59,189 nt of DNA. Origin: a virus (Duplodnaviria; Caudoviricetes). This document shows, piece by piece, positions 50,143 to 59,189 of the stretch. A program made the translations under genes and the position numbers. Positions within the stretch are counted from its first letter, which is position 1, and every line of letters starts with the position of its first letter. The stretch spans positions 1-59,189 of the IMG/VR virus record IMGVR_UViG_3300044984_002334; one strand, written 5' to 3'. The notes below the pieces were generated by a model. The model saw nothing but the letters and a program-made list of their open reading frames with translations, was not told the DNA's origin and ran no database searches.

Positions 50143-51120
50143 TTATTGCTTAGCTTTTATCATCTCTGTAATAAGATCTACATCAGAAGATTTCTTAGGA
50201 TTTAAGATAAATGAAATTGCTTCATCTAAGTTATTTCCTATCTCTAAGGGGCCTACAGGGTTTAAGAATGTATAAGTTCCTGCTTTTTCTGTAAGAACAC
50301 GAGTGTCGACACCTTGTTTGATTAAGTATCTTGCTTCAAAGTTTTCACGTCCATCAGGAGTATTTAACATCTTAGTGTTGTTTAAGAACTTATCTATATT
50401 TGAATTAGGTTCAAATGTAGATTTATCTATATATTCGTAGAGCGCGTTTGTGACCTGCTCTTGAGTCATAGATGCTTTAGTATTAGCTATATCTAATAAC
50501 GAAACAAGTTTTCGTTTGATTATATCTGTTAAGTCATTAGAACCTAACGTACGCACAGCTTTGATCTTAAGATCATTACGCTTGTATTTAATTTCCTCGG
50601 ATTCATTCTCGAGTGCTATATAATATTGCGCTTTAGGCCACACATGTTGCCTCCATTCTTTTTCAGAATTTGCAATTCTTGGAGAAGCAAGTGCCATGTA
50701 GTAGCCCATCTCGCCTTCCATTGTATTAAGATCGAAAATAGTGCAACCATCATTCAATCTCCACGTTGATCTTTGGAAGTAAGAAAGATCGGAGTCTTTT
50801 AACGAATCTCCTTTCATGTAAGCTCTGTTGGTAAAAAAGCCTTTCGGTTTGTTCCACTTAATTTCAAGCTTATCTTGTAACATTAAAGGTTGTTTAGTAA
50901 CCTCATCATATTTTTGAACTCCTTCTTCTATCCAAGGTGTGTAAGAAATGTAGTTTGCTAACCCGCCTACTTTAGGTGAGTAGAGGCAACAGAGTGTATC
51001 TGTTGCCCGTCCCACTTTATTCTTCTTTAATTTATTACCTGCATCGGAAGTCCAATCGTGCATCCCGAAAGCTGACTCACGGGGGATTGAATATACGAAT
51101 ACTAATCGTTTGTTATTCAT
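50143..51120 (-). CDS. Conserved crAss-like capsid-module protein (ORF track start 51144; ATG 51120 preferred)
   Basis: IANSEKE...AQYYI..E.EE, LIKQGVD..VL....G.Y, IGNNLDEAISFI.NPK; located downstream of the MCP gene. Confidence 0.65.
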   Translation of the reverse strand: MNNKRLVFVYSIPRESAFGMHDWTSDAGNKLKKNKVGRATDTLCCLYSPKVGGLANYISYTPWIEEGVQKYDEVTKQPLMLQDKLEIKWNKPKGFFTNRAYMKGDSLKDSDLSYFQRSTWRLNDGCTIFDLNTMEGEMGYYMALASPRIANSEKEWRQHVWPKAQYYIALENESEEIKYKRNDLKIKAVRTLGSNDLTDIIKRKLVSLLDIANTKASMTQEQVTNALYEYIDKSTFEPNSNIDKFLNNTKMLNTPDGRENFEARYLIKQGVDTRVLTEKAGTYTFLNPVGPLEIGNNLDEAISFILNPKKSSDVDLITEMIKAKQ

Positions 51121-51170
51121 TTTAGTTGATTTTTTAGTCCGCAATACGGACCTCGTTAGAATTTATCTAA

Positions 51171-51368
51171 CTATTTATCTGAATATAAATGCGCCATAAT
51201 GTTAGCGCCCTTATTTATTGCTGCAATTAAAATACCTTGCAGCATTGTTTTTTCTGGAGTATGTTGCCCATAATATTCTACAGCTGCAATAACTACGCCT
51301 GAGACTAAAAAAGCAATGTCGCTCCAAAAGTTTGGTGATTTTCGAGATTTTTTAAGTCTTTCACCCAT
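51171..51368 (-). CDS. Small two-helix membrane protein (possible holin)
   Basis: RLKK...SPNFW basic N-terminus followed by two hydrophobic segments. Confidence 0.45.
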   Translation of the reverse strand: MGERLKKSRKSPNFWSDIAFLVSGVVIAAVEYYGQHTPEKTMLQGILIAAINKGANIMAHLYSDK

Positions 51369-51376
51369 AATGATTA

Positions 51377-51973
51377 CTAATATTTTTCTATATTTCTATA
51401 AGAAGTTAAACGCTTTAACCAAGCTTCGAACTCAGTTATAGTAGAAGCATTTTTAGCCCAATTGCAATGTTTACAACAAGTAACGATGTTATTAACAGAA
51501 TAACTCTTTGCAGAATCTACCCTATCTAAACCATTGTAATTAAAATTACAAGCGTAGTTAGCTTTAAAGCAATTTGAAGGTGGCGAACCACAATAGTGAC
51601 AAGATTTACTGGTATAATCTAAGAAGACATCTTTTGTAATTTCTACATTAATCCTTCTTCGGTTAGCCCCAGCTAAAAATTTTTGATACAGATTATTTTT
51701 AAATCCTCCACAATCAGGAAGTGTATTTCCAGAACCTGTTTTAGATGTCGTTTCTTTTCTGTAGCATCCGCATGATGTTATTAAACCAGCCTTTACATCT
51801 TTAGGTCTCAACACCACTTTTCTCCCGCAATCACAAGTAAACTCATAAGCTGTGCGTTTTCTACTTCCTTCTATAAAATACCCTACTAAATTATTAACTG
51901 TTAATCTACCGTATTTAGAATTACCCCAGATAATCCTATCTTGGTATGACGGATCTCTAACTAGCTTTGTCAT
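51377..51973 (-). CDS. Free-standing HNH-family (homing-type) endonuclease
   Basis: YGRLTV...CDCG...G...SCGC N-terminal domain and CHYCG...NGLDRVDS...Y...NIVTCCKHCN.AK nuclease domain. Confidence 0.85.
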   Translation of the reverse strand: MTKLVRDPSYQDRIIWGNSKYGRLTVNNLVGYFIEGSRKRTAYEFTCDCGRKVVLRPKDVKAGLITSCGCYRKETTSKTGSGNTLPDCGGFKNNLYQKFLAGANRRRINVEITKDVFLDYTSKSCHYCGSPPSNCFKANYACNFNYNGLDRVDSAKSYSVNNIVTCCKHCNWAKNASTITEFEAWLKRLTSYRNIEKY

Positions 51974-51976
51974 AAC

Positions 51977-53446
51977 TTAATAGTCGAAGTCATATATAAA
52001 TTCCCCCATAGTGGTTGGGTCTTGTACCCAAAGTCCTGCAGTACCTTCACAGAAAACGTCATAACCTGCAACTAAAGAAGAAACACCTGCACCTTTAACA
52101 GGGCCAGTTGGCGAGTGTGTGCCACTCTGGAAACCCCAACGGAAAGTATCTTTAACTTTAAGAACAGAGATATTACCTTTACCTTCTTTCTCGCCTACAT
52201 TAAGGAATGTCATACGGGCAGAATCAACTGGAAGGTTAGGGTAGAGTGGGTGCATCCGTTTAGAATACTTTCTATCGTCATTCATTGGATTCAACATAAG
52301 ATCTAATTGAAGTCCGTGTGGTCCATGATAACGAGTAAACTGTGCGCCAAAAGCAAGATGTGGAGTACTTACGTCAGAAGCAACTGCATTAATAAAGTGG
52401 CTATCTACAGTCAAATAACCATTAGCAATAGATACCAAACTATCGTGAAATAACTGAGCACCAAGTGTTCCTGTTACAGGGACCAATTTGCGTGACTCTT
52501 CACCTACGCGAGTAATTTGAATGTCAAGAATGAAATCTTTAAGTTGGGAAATAGAAAGTGCACCATTGTAGTATTGAACCCAAGAGTCTTTCATATACTC
52601 ACGAAGACCGCTACCTGTTTTCTTCCAAAAACCATTAGTAGCTACAGAAGTGTGCTTTTTACCATATACTAACTGAGCTTCAATAGAGGAATATAAAGCA
52701 TCCCACATTTTAGCTTCGGCATAAGGAAGGAACCGATTAGCTACGCTAGTCTTTCCATCACGGTCAGTATACATGAATTTAACTTCCAAACGACCATCTT
52801 CTCTCCAAGCTTTGTCAGTTACAGAATAACGTTGTGCGAAAGCGCCAACTTGAGATTCAAGTTTAAATGAGCTAGAGTACTGTTGAGTACCGAACTCACC
52901 ATTGCCTTCAGAAGCAACAGAAGACCAAACTTTATTCCACTCAGCACCTACTTCGAAAAGAGAAGCTGGAGCGTAGATAGCTGGATTGTCTGTCTGAAGT
53001 TTCAGTGTGTAGATAGTGCCAGTACCGTCAGTTATTTTATCAATAACCATCCAAGGATACTCATTGTCAATACCGAATAATACGTCAGGGGAAGAGTAAT
53101 AGTCAAGGTCAAGTTTAACCTTAACAGTAGTCAGGTTTATACCTGGAGTTGTGTTAGAAGACTCAAGGTTTTCTACAACCCGTGCAATACGTTCTTCAGC
53201 ACCTGCAAGTGTCCAACGGTAAACTTCAGTTGGAATTTCAATAGTGCGATCAGCTTTACCCATTGTCATATTAGCAAGCAATTTGCCTGTGTATAGATTA
53301 GATGTAGCGGAGAAGATACGTGTGATTTGATTTTCAAAAACGTGTGGGCGGATGTCGTATGAAGTAGCAAGATATTTGCTATTGATATCACTACCACCGA
53401 AACCATCACGTCTTTGGATAATTGTACTTAATGTTGGAACTGCCAT
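51977..53446 (-). CDS. Major capsid protein
   Basis: 489 aa; YRW.L, G.G.RE, TG.LG...FH, FGAQF..Y, MNDD...HP......SARMTF motifs; follows portal and scaffold genes. Confidence 0.9.
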   Translation of the reverse strand: MAVPTLSTIIQRRDGFGGSDINSKYLATSYDIRPHVFENQITRIFSATSNLYTGKLLANMTMGKADRTIEIPTEVYRWTLAGAEERIARVVENLESSNTTPGINLTTVKVKLDLDYYSSPDVLFGIDNEYPWMVIDKITDGTGTIYTLKLQTDNPAIYAPASLFEVGAEWNKVWSSVASEGNGEFGTQQYSSSFKLESQVGAFAQRYSVTDKAWREDGRLEVKFMYTDRDGKTSVANRFLPYAEAKMWDALYSSIEAQLVYGKKHTSVATNGFWKKTGSGLREYMKDSWVQYYNGALSISQLKDFILDIQITRVGEESRKLVPVTGTLGAQLFHDSLVSIANGYLTVDSHFINAVASDVSTPHLAFGAQFTRYHGPHGLQLDLMLNPMNDDRKYSKRMHPLYPNLPVDSARMTFLNVGEKEGKGNISVLKVKDTFRWGFQSGTHSPTGPVKGAGVSSLVAGYDVFCEGTAGLWVQDPTTMGEFIYDFDY

Positions 53447-53452
53447 TTATAA

Positions 53453-54466
53453 TTATTTTCCAAAAACTGTGTCCCAATCAAGTTCTTCAGCAACGTTTTG
53501 CCGCTGTTCATTTCCTTTAATTGGGCTCCTTTGTAACTTAGAATCTAGCAGTTCCCTAAAGGATTTTGCTGATTCCGATTTTAATTGTTTCTTTATGCGA
53601 TCAAAGCTGAAACCTGTATTAGGATTGTAATCCGCAAGGATATCAGCTAATTGAATCAAATGGGTATGATTTTTCTCTATGTTAGAGAGGACTTTAGAGA
53701 ACTCTGTAGTAGTAGAATTGTTCTCACGTATTGGGGTAAATATAAAATGTTTCAACCGATCAACTCTTTTGGAGTCATCAGTATATGAAGTTACTGCATC
53801 TTCTAATGCTCGAGTGGAGGCAGCTATTGCTGCTTTCTCAGAAGCTACTGCTTCAGCTTGCCTAGAAAGGAATTCATTTCTTCGTGTCTCTTTAAATTCT
53901 TTAAGATCAACTAAAGCTTCTTCAGCCGATTCCCGCAAAGAATCTGACCTCTCTAATTTAGAGATCATATTTGCAATTTTCTCATCAGTATAGTTAGAAT
54001 GCTGTTTCCAATATTCCGTAATAACTTGTTTCTGAGATATCGTATCTTCGATATCTACATTATCATAATCTATCGGTGTAAAAGCTGAAAGATATGATTC
54101 GAGCGAGTTACCACCGCTTAACCCATACTCTAGAAGCGGTTTAAAGTCTTCGGGGAGTGAATTCCATATCTCATCTCGCACCTGCTTAACAGTGTTCTCT
54201 CTAGTTTGGTTTAAAGCTTTTTCAATAGCATCTGAAGAACCATCGAACTCAAAATCATCATTCGTGTTCAAAACTTTATATTCTTTAAGAAAATTAAAAT
54301 AAGACACTGCTGTCTCATCTATTTCCTCAATAGAGTTAGGTTTTTCTTCTGTAGTAAGTTGTTCAAGTTCTGTATGTGGGGGAGCTGGTTCATCAGATGT
54401 AATCTCATCTATTACATCTGGGGTATTATCTAACTCATCTGGTTCGAAAAAATCATCAATATTCAT
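53453..54466 (-). CDS. Acidic helical scaffold-like protein
   Basis: Very acidic N-terminus and coiled coil; between portal and MCP. Confidence 0.65.
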   Translation of the reverse strand: MNIDDFFEPDELDNTPDVIDEITSDEPAPPHTELEQLTTEEKPNSIEEIDETAVSYFNFLKEYKVLNTNDDFEFDGSSDAIEKALNQTRENTVKQVRDEIWNSLPEDFKPLLEYGLSGGNSLESYLSAFTPIDYDNVDIEDTISQKQVITEYWKQHSNYTDEKIANMISKLERSDSLRESAEEALVDLKEFKETRRNEFLSRQAEAVASEKAAIAASTRALEDAVTSYTDDSKRVDRLKHFIFTPIRENNSTTTEFSKVLSNIEKNHTHLIQLADILADYNPNTGFSFDRIKKQLKSESAKSFRELLDSKLQRSPIKGNEQRQNVAEELDWDTVFGK

Positions 54467-54467
54467 G

Positions 54468-54477
54468 CAAAGGTAAT
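54468..54477 (-). promoter_or_regulatory. Possible Bacteroidota -7 promoter box upstream of the scaffold/MCP operon
   Basis: ATTACCTTTG on the minus strand, identical to the box at 36186-36195, but only 1 nt from the ATG and with no -33 TTTG. Confidence 0.45.
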
Positions 54478-54498
54478 TTTAATTAAAGTGGATATTTT

Positions 54499-56871
54499 TT
54501 ACTTAGCGGGTTTATTTCGGAGCTTAATAGCTTTCTCTTCGAGATCGAGCTTTCGTTCCTTAAGTTCTACTTCTTTTTGCCATTTTTCAACCTCGAATTG
54601 ATCTGGGATCCCATTATCATTAGAGTCTTGATCTTTAACAAAACTAAAAGACTGAATTTCTGCAACTTTGATTTTTGCTTCAAGTTCCATGTTTTTAAGA
54701 ATAATCTCATGTTGACGGGCAGCGGCAAGTTGTTCTGCATTAGATTGCATTTGAGCTTGTGATTGAGCTTGATCGTTTTTGTTGCGAGCTTCCTCAGAAT
54801 GAATAATCTCAGCTTTAAGAGAAGCGATAGAATTAGCATCAAACATTTTGATAATATCAGAGAAAGATGCACGATCACTTTGAAGTAAAGACAACGAAAG
54901 ATTTTCAAGCTTTTCGAATTTTTTAACGTCTTGATAATTGTTAGAAACAAATAATCCAAAGTCAGAATTTACAACATCATCTGGAGTAAGCTCTAAAACT
55001 TGAATAGAACCGTCATCTAGGATAGCTTGTTTAATAACAGATTTATTCTTAATAGTAAACTGAGCTATTTGTATGAAAGAGTTTAAGATTTCTTCCCACA
55101 ATTTCTCATGTGTGGAATGATACACTTCGGTAACAAGTGATGAATTGTTCGCATTAGATTGGGCATTAGTTACAGCTTGATCAGAAGCAATTCGACCTTC
55201 ACGCTCACGTGCAACACCAGAAACATCACTTAACTGCTGGTCTATATCTTGAAGTAACATGATATAATTATTAATGTCCGAAGCAGTAGACATATTCGTA
55301 ACGCCTGCTATCTTACCTCTTTGAGCAGCTCCAGGTTGCTGAGCGTTCTGAAGTGGATTAAAAAAGTCAATATTTAACTCAGTTAAGTAATAAAGAGTTT
55401 TCTCTAAACCAATTTGAGGATCTACCATTGATGTATCAAAATGGTAAATAGGTCCTTTGTCTTGCGCTATGAGTTTCCTAAGTTTATTACTTACTATAAA
55501 ATAGAGATATAAAAAAGGTTTCATACGATCCATAACACTTACTGGCCGAGCGTTCATAGAAGAGTAAGTGGTTCCGTGATAGCCTAACTTAACCTTAGTT
55601 GGATTATCCATAGAACGAAACTGTATTTCCTTAGGTCCAATTTTGCAGTAAACAGATCTTCCAATTTTAGTAGTTTCCCATACTTCATCTATCCAAGAAT
55701 ACTTAATCTTAAATGGGCTTTTTGTAATAGGGTCCATCCAGTAATAATATTCGCACTTTCGATTAAATGCTTCTGTTACAACTTCTTTTTGAGCATTTTT
55801 AGGCACTGGGTATTCTTCCGCTACAATCTCTATTTCTTCTTCTCCAAATTCATTAACAAACGTAAGGAAGCCAACTTTCTTTTGAGTTTTCCATTCTACG
55901 TGTTGTACGGCAACCATGTTAATGTCATTACCAGAAGAATACTGCCCTTCAGTATTACCTTGATTAAAAGAAGCTAAGTAGTTATCATAATTATATTTCA
56001 TATGATTCTCCCACTTTAAAGAAGAACCTGAAGAAGAAAACTTACTTTGAAGTTCTTCAACTTGCTCATCAGATAAATAATCTTGGTAAGTATCGAGAAC
56101 ATCAGAAAGAGTCATGTATGTTTTATATCCTGCGTACGTACCATCTTGAATATACTTTACATCAGGAGATTTATAGTAAATCATTCCAAGTGGATTAAGT
56201 ACTTGAATAATAGGAGCATTTTCTACATAAGTAACATAAGCAAATTCTTCTCCAGCGATTAGCCCATGCTTAAACCCATCGTTCTTAATTATAGGAATAT
56301 TTAGCATTCGATAATAATAACTAAGTAACTTATTAGCTGCAATTTCTCGTTTGTCCAAGTACTTAGAAGACATATACTTATCAGCTTCGCTTGGGTCTAC
56401 TATTGGAATTTCAGGGTCTATCATCTCCTTGCCAAAAGTTTCGGTAACAGCTTGGATAGCTGTTTGAAGTGAGTTAAGAACAAACTGTTGCACTAACTTG
56501 TCTTTGTAAAGAAGTTTGGAGCGTATACCTGCAGTATCGGTAAGCACAATTTTCCAATCAAATGCACGAGTCATTTCATCAGATAATAAGGAATTAATTT
56601 TATTAGCAGCTTTATTATAAGCTTTAATTTCTTCTTTAAAAGAATCGACTTGAAGACCTAGAGGATTACATTCTTTTTCGAAATCTGCTTGATTAACAAT
56701 ATCATTATATAATTGGTAGTTAACGAGTTTACGTTTATATTCTTCAGAATAAGGTCTAGAGATTGTAGAACTGAAATCTGTAAGTATGTAATCGGTTACT
56801 CTTTTTGCCCATTCAAAATCGTTCGTAGTCTTCTCCCGATATGATAGGCGTTGTCTTAAAAATTTTTGCAT
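54499..56871 (-). CDS. Portal protein
   Basis: 790 aa; NYQLYN, YYKSPD..YI.DG, W.W..EVWE..KIG-like segment, S.MDRMKP..YLY, SGV..EREG, D.NDNGIPD; follows terL. Confidence 0.9.
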   Translation of the reverse strand: MQKFLRQRLSYREKTTNDFEWAKRVTDYILTDFSSTISRPYSEEYKRKLVNYQLYNDIVNQADFEKECNPLGLQVDSFKEEIKAYNKAANKINSLLSDEMTRAFDWKIVLTDTAGIRSKLLYKDKLVQQFVLNSLQTAIQAVTETFGKEMIDPEIPIVDPSEADKYMSSKYLDKREIAANKLLSYYYRMLNIPIIKNDGFKHGLIAGEEFAYVTYVENAPIIQVLNPLGMIYYKSPDVKYIQDGTYAGYKTYMTLSDVLDTYQDYLSDEQVEELQSKFSSSGSSLKWENHMKYNYDNYLASFNQGNTEGQYSSGNDINMVAVQHVEWKTQKKVGFLTFVNEFGEEEIEIVAEEYPVPKNAQKEVVTEAFNRKCEYYYWMDPITKSPFKIKYSWIDEVWETTKIGRSVYCKIGPKEIQFRSMDNPTKVKLGYHGTTYSSMNARPVSVMDRMKPFLYLYFIVSNKLRKLIAQDKGPIYHFDTSMVDPQIGLEKTLYYLTELNIDFFNPLQNAQQPGAAQRGKIAGVTNMSTASDINNYIMLLQDIDQQLSDVSGVAREREGRIASDQAVTNAQSNANNSSLVTEVYHSTHEKLWEEILNSFIQIAQFTIKNKSVIKQAILDDGSIQVLELTPDDVVNSDFGLFVSNNYQDVKKFEKLENLSLSLLQSDRASFSDIIKMFDANSIASLKAEIIHSEEARNKNDQAQSQAQMQSNAEQLAAARQHEIILKNMELEAKIKVAEIQSFSFVKDQDSNDNGIPDQFEVEKWQKEVELKERKLDLEEKAIKLRNKPAK

Positions 56872-59029
56872 TCTGTGTGATAAATTTAGATATATCTTGT
56901 TCGTATTGTGAAGCTTGAGTTTTTTCTATTGCTGTAAGTGTAAATGAAGCCATGTCTTCTAATCCTATAATACATCCTACAAAAGCCATTACAGCATCAA
57001 AGTTGCCTTTAAGATTAAAAGCTTTCAACTGTTTTAGTAAGTAACGGTCCATTATAAGATCTATATTCTTAATATTATCTCCTCGATCTTCTAGCAACCA
57101 TGACCGTGCGTACTGTAAAGCTTCCCATTTTATCTTATCATTAGACATTGGGTAACCATAAACAAGATTCGAAGATGTCATAGTTTTCTTAGAGAGCACT
57201 AACCTAGGCTGAACCGCTAAGAGATCGAGTCTTTTAAGCCGTTGAAAATAATCTTTCGTGTTACCTGCAGTATTTTCAAAATAGATTTTTGCATTCCCGT
57301 AAAAAAGTGAAAGCTTATAAAGTATTTCGTTTACTGCGTCTATACCCATATAAGGACGTCCATAGTAAACAGCTACAATTTCACTAAAACCTTGCGTAGG
57401 ATATTTGTTTGTTTTCATCACTATAATTGCAGCTAATGAAGATCCAGTATTAGTGTTTGCTTTAAATGCGTCATAAGCGATAATATAGGAATCGGAACGA
57501 ATAGCTTCTCCTTGATAGATTGGAAGTTCATATATTACAGGGGCACCTTCAATATCAGGAGATGTATATGGAAAGTCATTAATCGCATTTAACTTATTAT
57601 TAACTTTATATCCGACACCGTATGGTTCAGAAGGGTCAAAGTAAAGTTCTACTTTCTTTTCGAATAGTTCAAGGATCTTCTTATTGTTAACTTCTGTTAA
57701 TCTATTCTGAATTTCTCCAGAAGGAAAAATAACAGATTCACGTGAAAGAAATATTTCAGAAGGTACCATTGGTCGATATTGAATTTCTTTATTCAATGCA
57801 TCAGAAGATGTTCCTGACTTAGTTAAAGATGTTCGTACTCGAGTAAGATAAGCAGTGGCTTCCTCATACTTGGTAGTTAAATTATCATCTTTGTACTGAT
57901 TCATTGCTTCTTGAGCAGGAATAAAGTAAGCAATGGCACCTGAATTCTCCCAAGTATCCGGCATTTCAAAAATCTGATAGTGCCCAGGGTTATAAAACAT
58001 TTCTTGTGCTGGCAGAGTACCTCCTTCCATATCACCACCAGTACCTAGCATCCATAGAATACCTGTTTTATCAGGACCACTCTTGAGGTTGTCTTTAGTG
58101 TTTGCATGTACTTCTTTTAGCAACTTAAAAAGACCTATTTCCTCAAGTACTAAAATCAAGTTACGTGCACCCTGATCTTTAAACGCATCATCTTTAAATG
58201 ATCTATGTTTTATCACAGACCCAGAACCAGCGTCTTTCCAACCTCCATCATACTTCTTTTGGTAAGTAGCTTCTATATTAGAGCCGGTATTAAAAGAACC
58301 TTTATACCGTTTCCGTAACGGAGAAGGCTTGAGGGACTTATTAAAGAATCGTTCTCCGGGAAGACGATCTAACATATCTTTTACTTTGGCGAGTAAAAGC
58401 GCTGACTTAGAGGATTCTTCTGCGCCTACTGTAATATCTACTGAAGTAATTTCCTCAGCAGGCATGTCTAAGCGATCTTGTCCATCTAGCAACCATTCTT
58501 TAGCTACAATTCCTGCAGTAAGATATGACTTACCTGAGTCTCGAGATCCAAGTACCATGCCATTCCACATGTTATTCTGAAACAACGCAGCTCCCATGCT
58601 CACTTCTTTGCGTTCTTGTAACAGAGTGATCGGGTGCCTAAAGATCTTGCGTTCTCCATCGGAATTAATAACATCTGGAAATTCAATTCTTAATTTCTCG
58701 ATAGGCCAGAACAAATCATCCAGTACACGATAATTAGCAGTGAAAGTATCATCATTCTTAAAACCAGAAAATCCTCTGCAAGCATTATAATAGTGATGGA
58801 CTTTCCAGTCTAAATCTCTAAGTAATGGTCTCGCAAAGGATTTGATGTTCGAGTTGCTTTTGTTCAGTTTAATAGTGCCCATATTACCATAAAAAAAGAG
58901 TGAAGGGGGAATAAATTCCCCCTGAACCCAATCTCCTACAATAGAGGACTCTTTTATCCATTGCCAGTAGTTAATCCATTCTAATGAGAGTGGATGCACA
59001 TCTGGCACATCTCGTACAAATTTACTCAT
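56813..59029 (-). CDS. terL: Terminase large subunit (ORF track start 59038; ATG 59029 preferred)
   Basis: Walker A GSRDSGKSY, Walker B LVLEEIG, GTGGDM, nuclease YDAF, FEN and GNFDAVMA. Confidence 0.92.
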   Translation of the reverse strand: MSKFVRDVPDVHPLSLEWINYWQWIKESSIVGDWVQGEFIPPSLFFYGNMGTIKLNKSNSNIKSFARPLLRDLDWKVHHYYNACRGFSGFKNDDTFTANYRVLDDLFWPIEKLRIEFPDVINSDGERKIFRHPITLLQERKEVSMGAALFQNNMWNGMVLGSRDSGKSYLTAGIVAKEWLLDGQDRLDMPAEEITSVDITVGAEESSKSALLLAKVKDMLDRLPGERFFNKSLKPSPLRKRYKGSFNTGSNIEATYQKKYDGGWKDAGSGSVIKHRSFKDDAFKDQGARNLILVLEEIGLFKLLKEVHANTKDNLKSGPDKTGILWMLGTGGDMEGGTLPAQEMFYNPGHYQIFEMPDTWENSGAIAYFIPAQEAMNQYKDDNLTTKYEEATAYLTRVRTSLTKSGTSSDALNKEIQYRPMVPSEIFLSRESVIFPSGEIQNRLTEVNNKKILELFEKKVELYFDPSEPYGVGYKVNNKLNAINDFPYTSPDIEGAPVIYELPIYQGEAIRSDSYIIAYDAFKANTNTGSSLAAIIVMKTNKYPTQGFSEIVAVYYGRPYMGIDAVNEILYKLSLFYGNAKIYFENTAGNTKDYFQRLKRLDLLAVQPRLVLSKKTMTSSNLVYGYPMSNDKIKWEALQYARSWLLEDRGDNIKNIDLIMDRYLLKQLKAFNLKGNFDAVMAFVGCIIGLEDMASFTLTAIEKTQASQYEQDISKFITQNAKIFKTTPIISGEDYERF

Positions 59030-59189
59030 AAGCTTCAACTGGAGGCGGAGAATATTTTGGTAGAGTGTCGTATATGGTTACTTCTGAAAGTATAATCATA
59101 TTAGCTGCAGAAACTGCATTAGTAATCGCTTCTTCTACTACTAAGGTCGGATCGACAATACCAGCAGAGATGAAATCACATTCTTGCCC
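59022..59189 (-). CDS. groEL: C-terminal end of a group I chaperonin (GroEL-like), partial
   Basis: Manual translation GQECDFISAGIVDPTLVVEEAITNAVSAANMIILSEVTIYDTLPKYSPPPVEAYE* matches the GroEL G(I/V)xDP.KV...AL.NA.S.A..LL..E..I.D motif; overlaps the terL ATG. Confidence 0.8.
   Translation of the reverse strand, partial: GQECDFISAGIVDPTLVVEEAITNAVSAANMIILSEVTIYDTLPKYSPPPVEAYE

Noticed and set aside
51137-51151. Short hairpin GTCCG-CAATA-CGGAC (and a similar ACCAG/CTGGT hairpin near 40060-40076)
   Set aside because: Only 5-bp stems with no T-tract on the coding strand; too weak to call as terminators.
51977-59029. Introns or inteins in terL, portal or MCP
   Set aside because: ORFs are continuous and of ordinary length, with no intein terminal motifs noticed.
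1-59189. Stop-codon reassignment (TAG or TGA), known in some crAss-like phages
   Set aside because: Genes up to 15 kb are intact under the standard code, and both TAG (147, 3132, 51171) and TGA (1839, 2770, 3869) end genes directly before the next start.
1-59189. tRNA, rRNA or CRISPR arrays
   Set aside because: Intergenic gaps are under about 100 nt and are explained by terminators or promoters; no cloverleaf or repeat-spacer pattern was seen.

Overview
The window is a ~59 kb piece of a crAss-like (Crassvirales-type) phage genome. The host is most likely a Bacteroidota bacterium, judging from TAnnTTTG promoter boxes, A-rich Shine-Dalgarno-less starts and Gln-after-cleavage signal peptides. 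Positions 1-5704 (+) hold the end of a replication/DNA-metabolism block: primase, uracil-DNA glycosylase, a T7-endonuclease-I-like nuclease, a PD-(D/E)XK exonuclease and small ORFs. This block converges on a bidirectional terminator (5721-5763) with a ~53 kb minus-strand virion block. In transcription order that block holds a partial GroEL, TerL, portal, scaffold-like protein, MCP, HNH endonuclease, ring/auxiliary capsid proteins, fibres, a lysis-like cluster, ring/IHF/muzzle genes and four ejected cargo proteins. The most notable items are: (1) a 5044-aa polyprotein joining an SF1 helicase, an HExxH zincin and a crAss-type RNA polymerase; (2) a cargo protein combining an ADP-ribosyltransferase-like domain with a RecB-type nuclease; (3) two adjacent fibre-like proteins that start with Sec-type signal peptides; (4) a TM/coiled-coil/PAS protein near a DUF5675 peptidase; (5) a GroEL gene overlapping terL. 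All calls come from motif recognition and gene order by eye; no searches were run.
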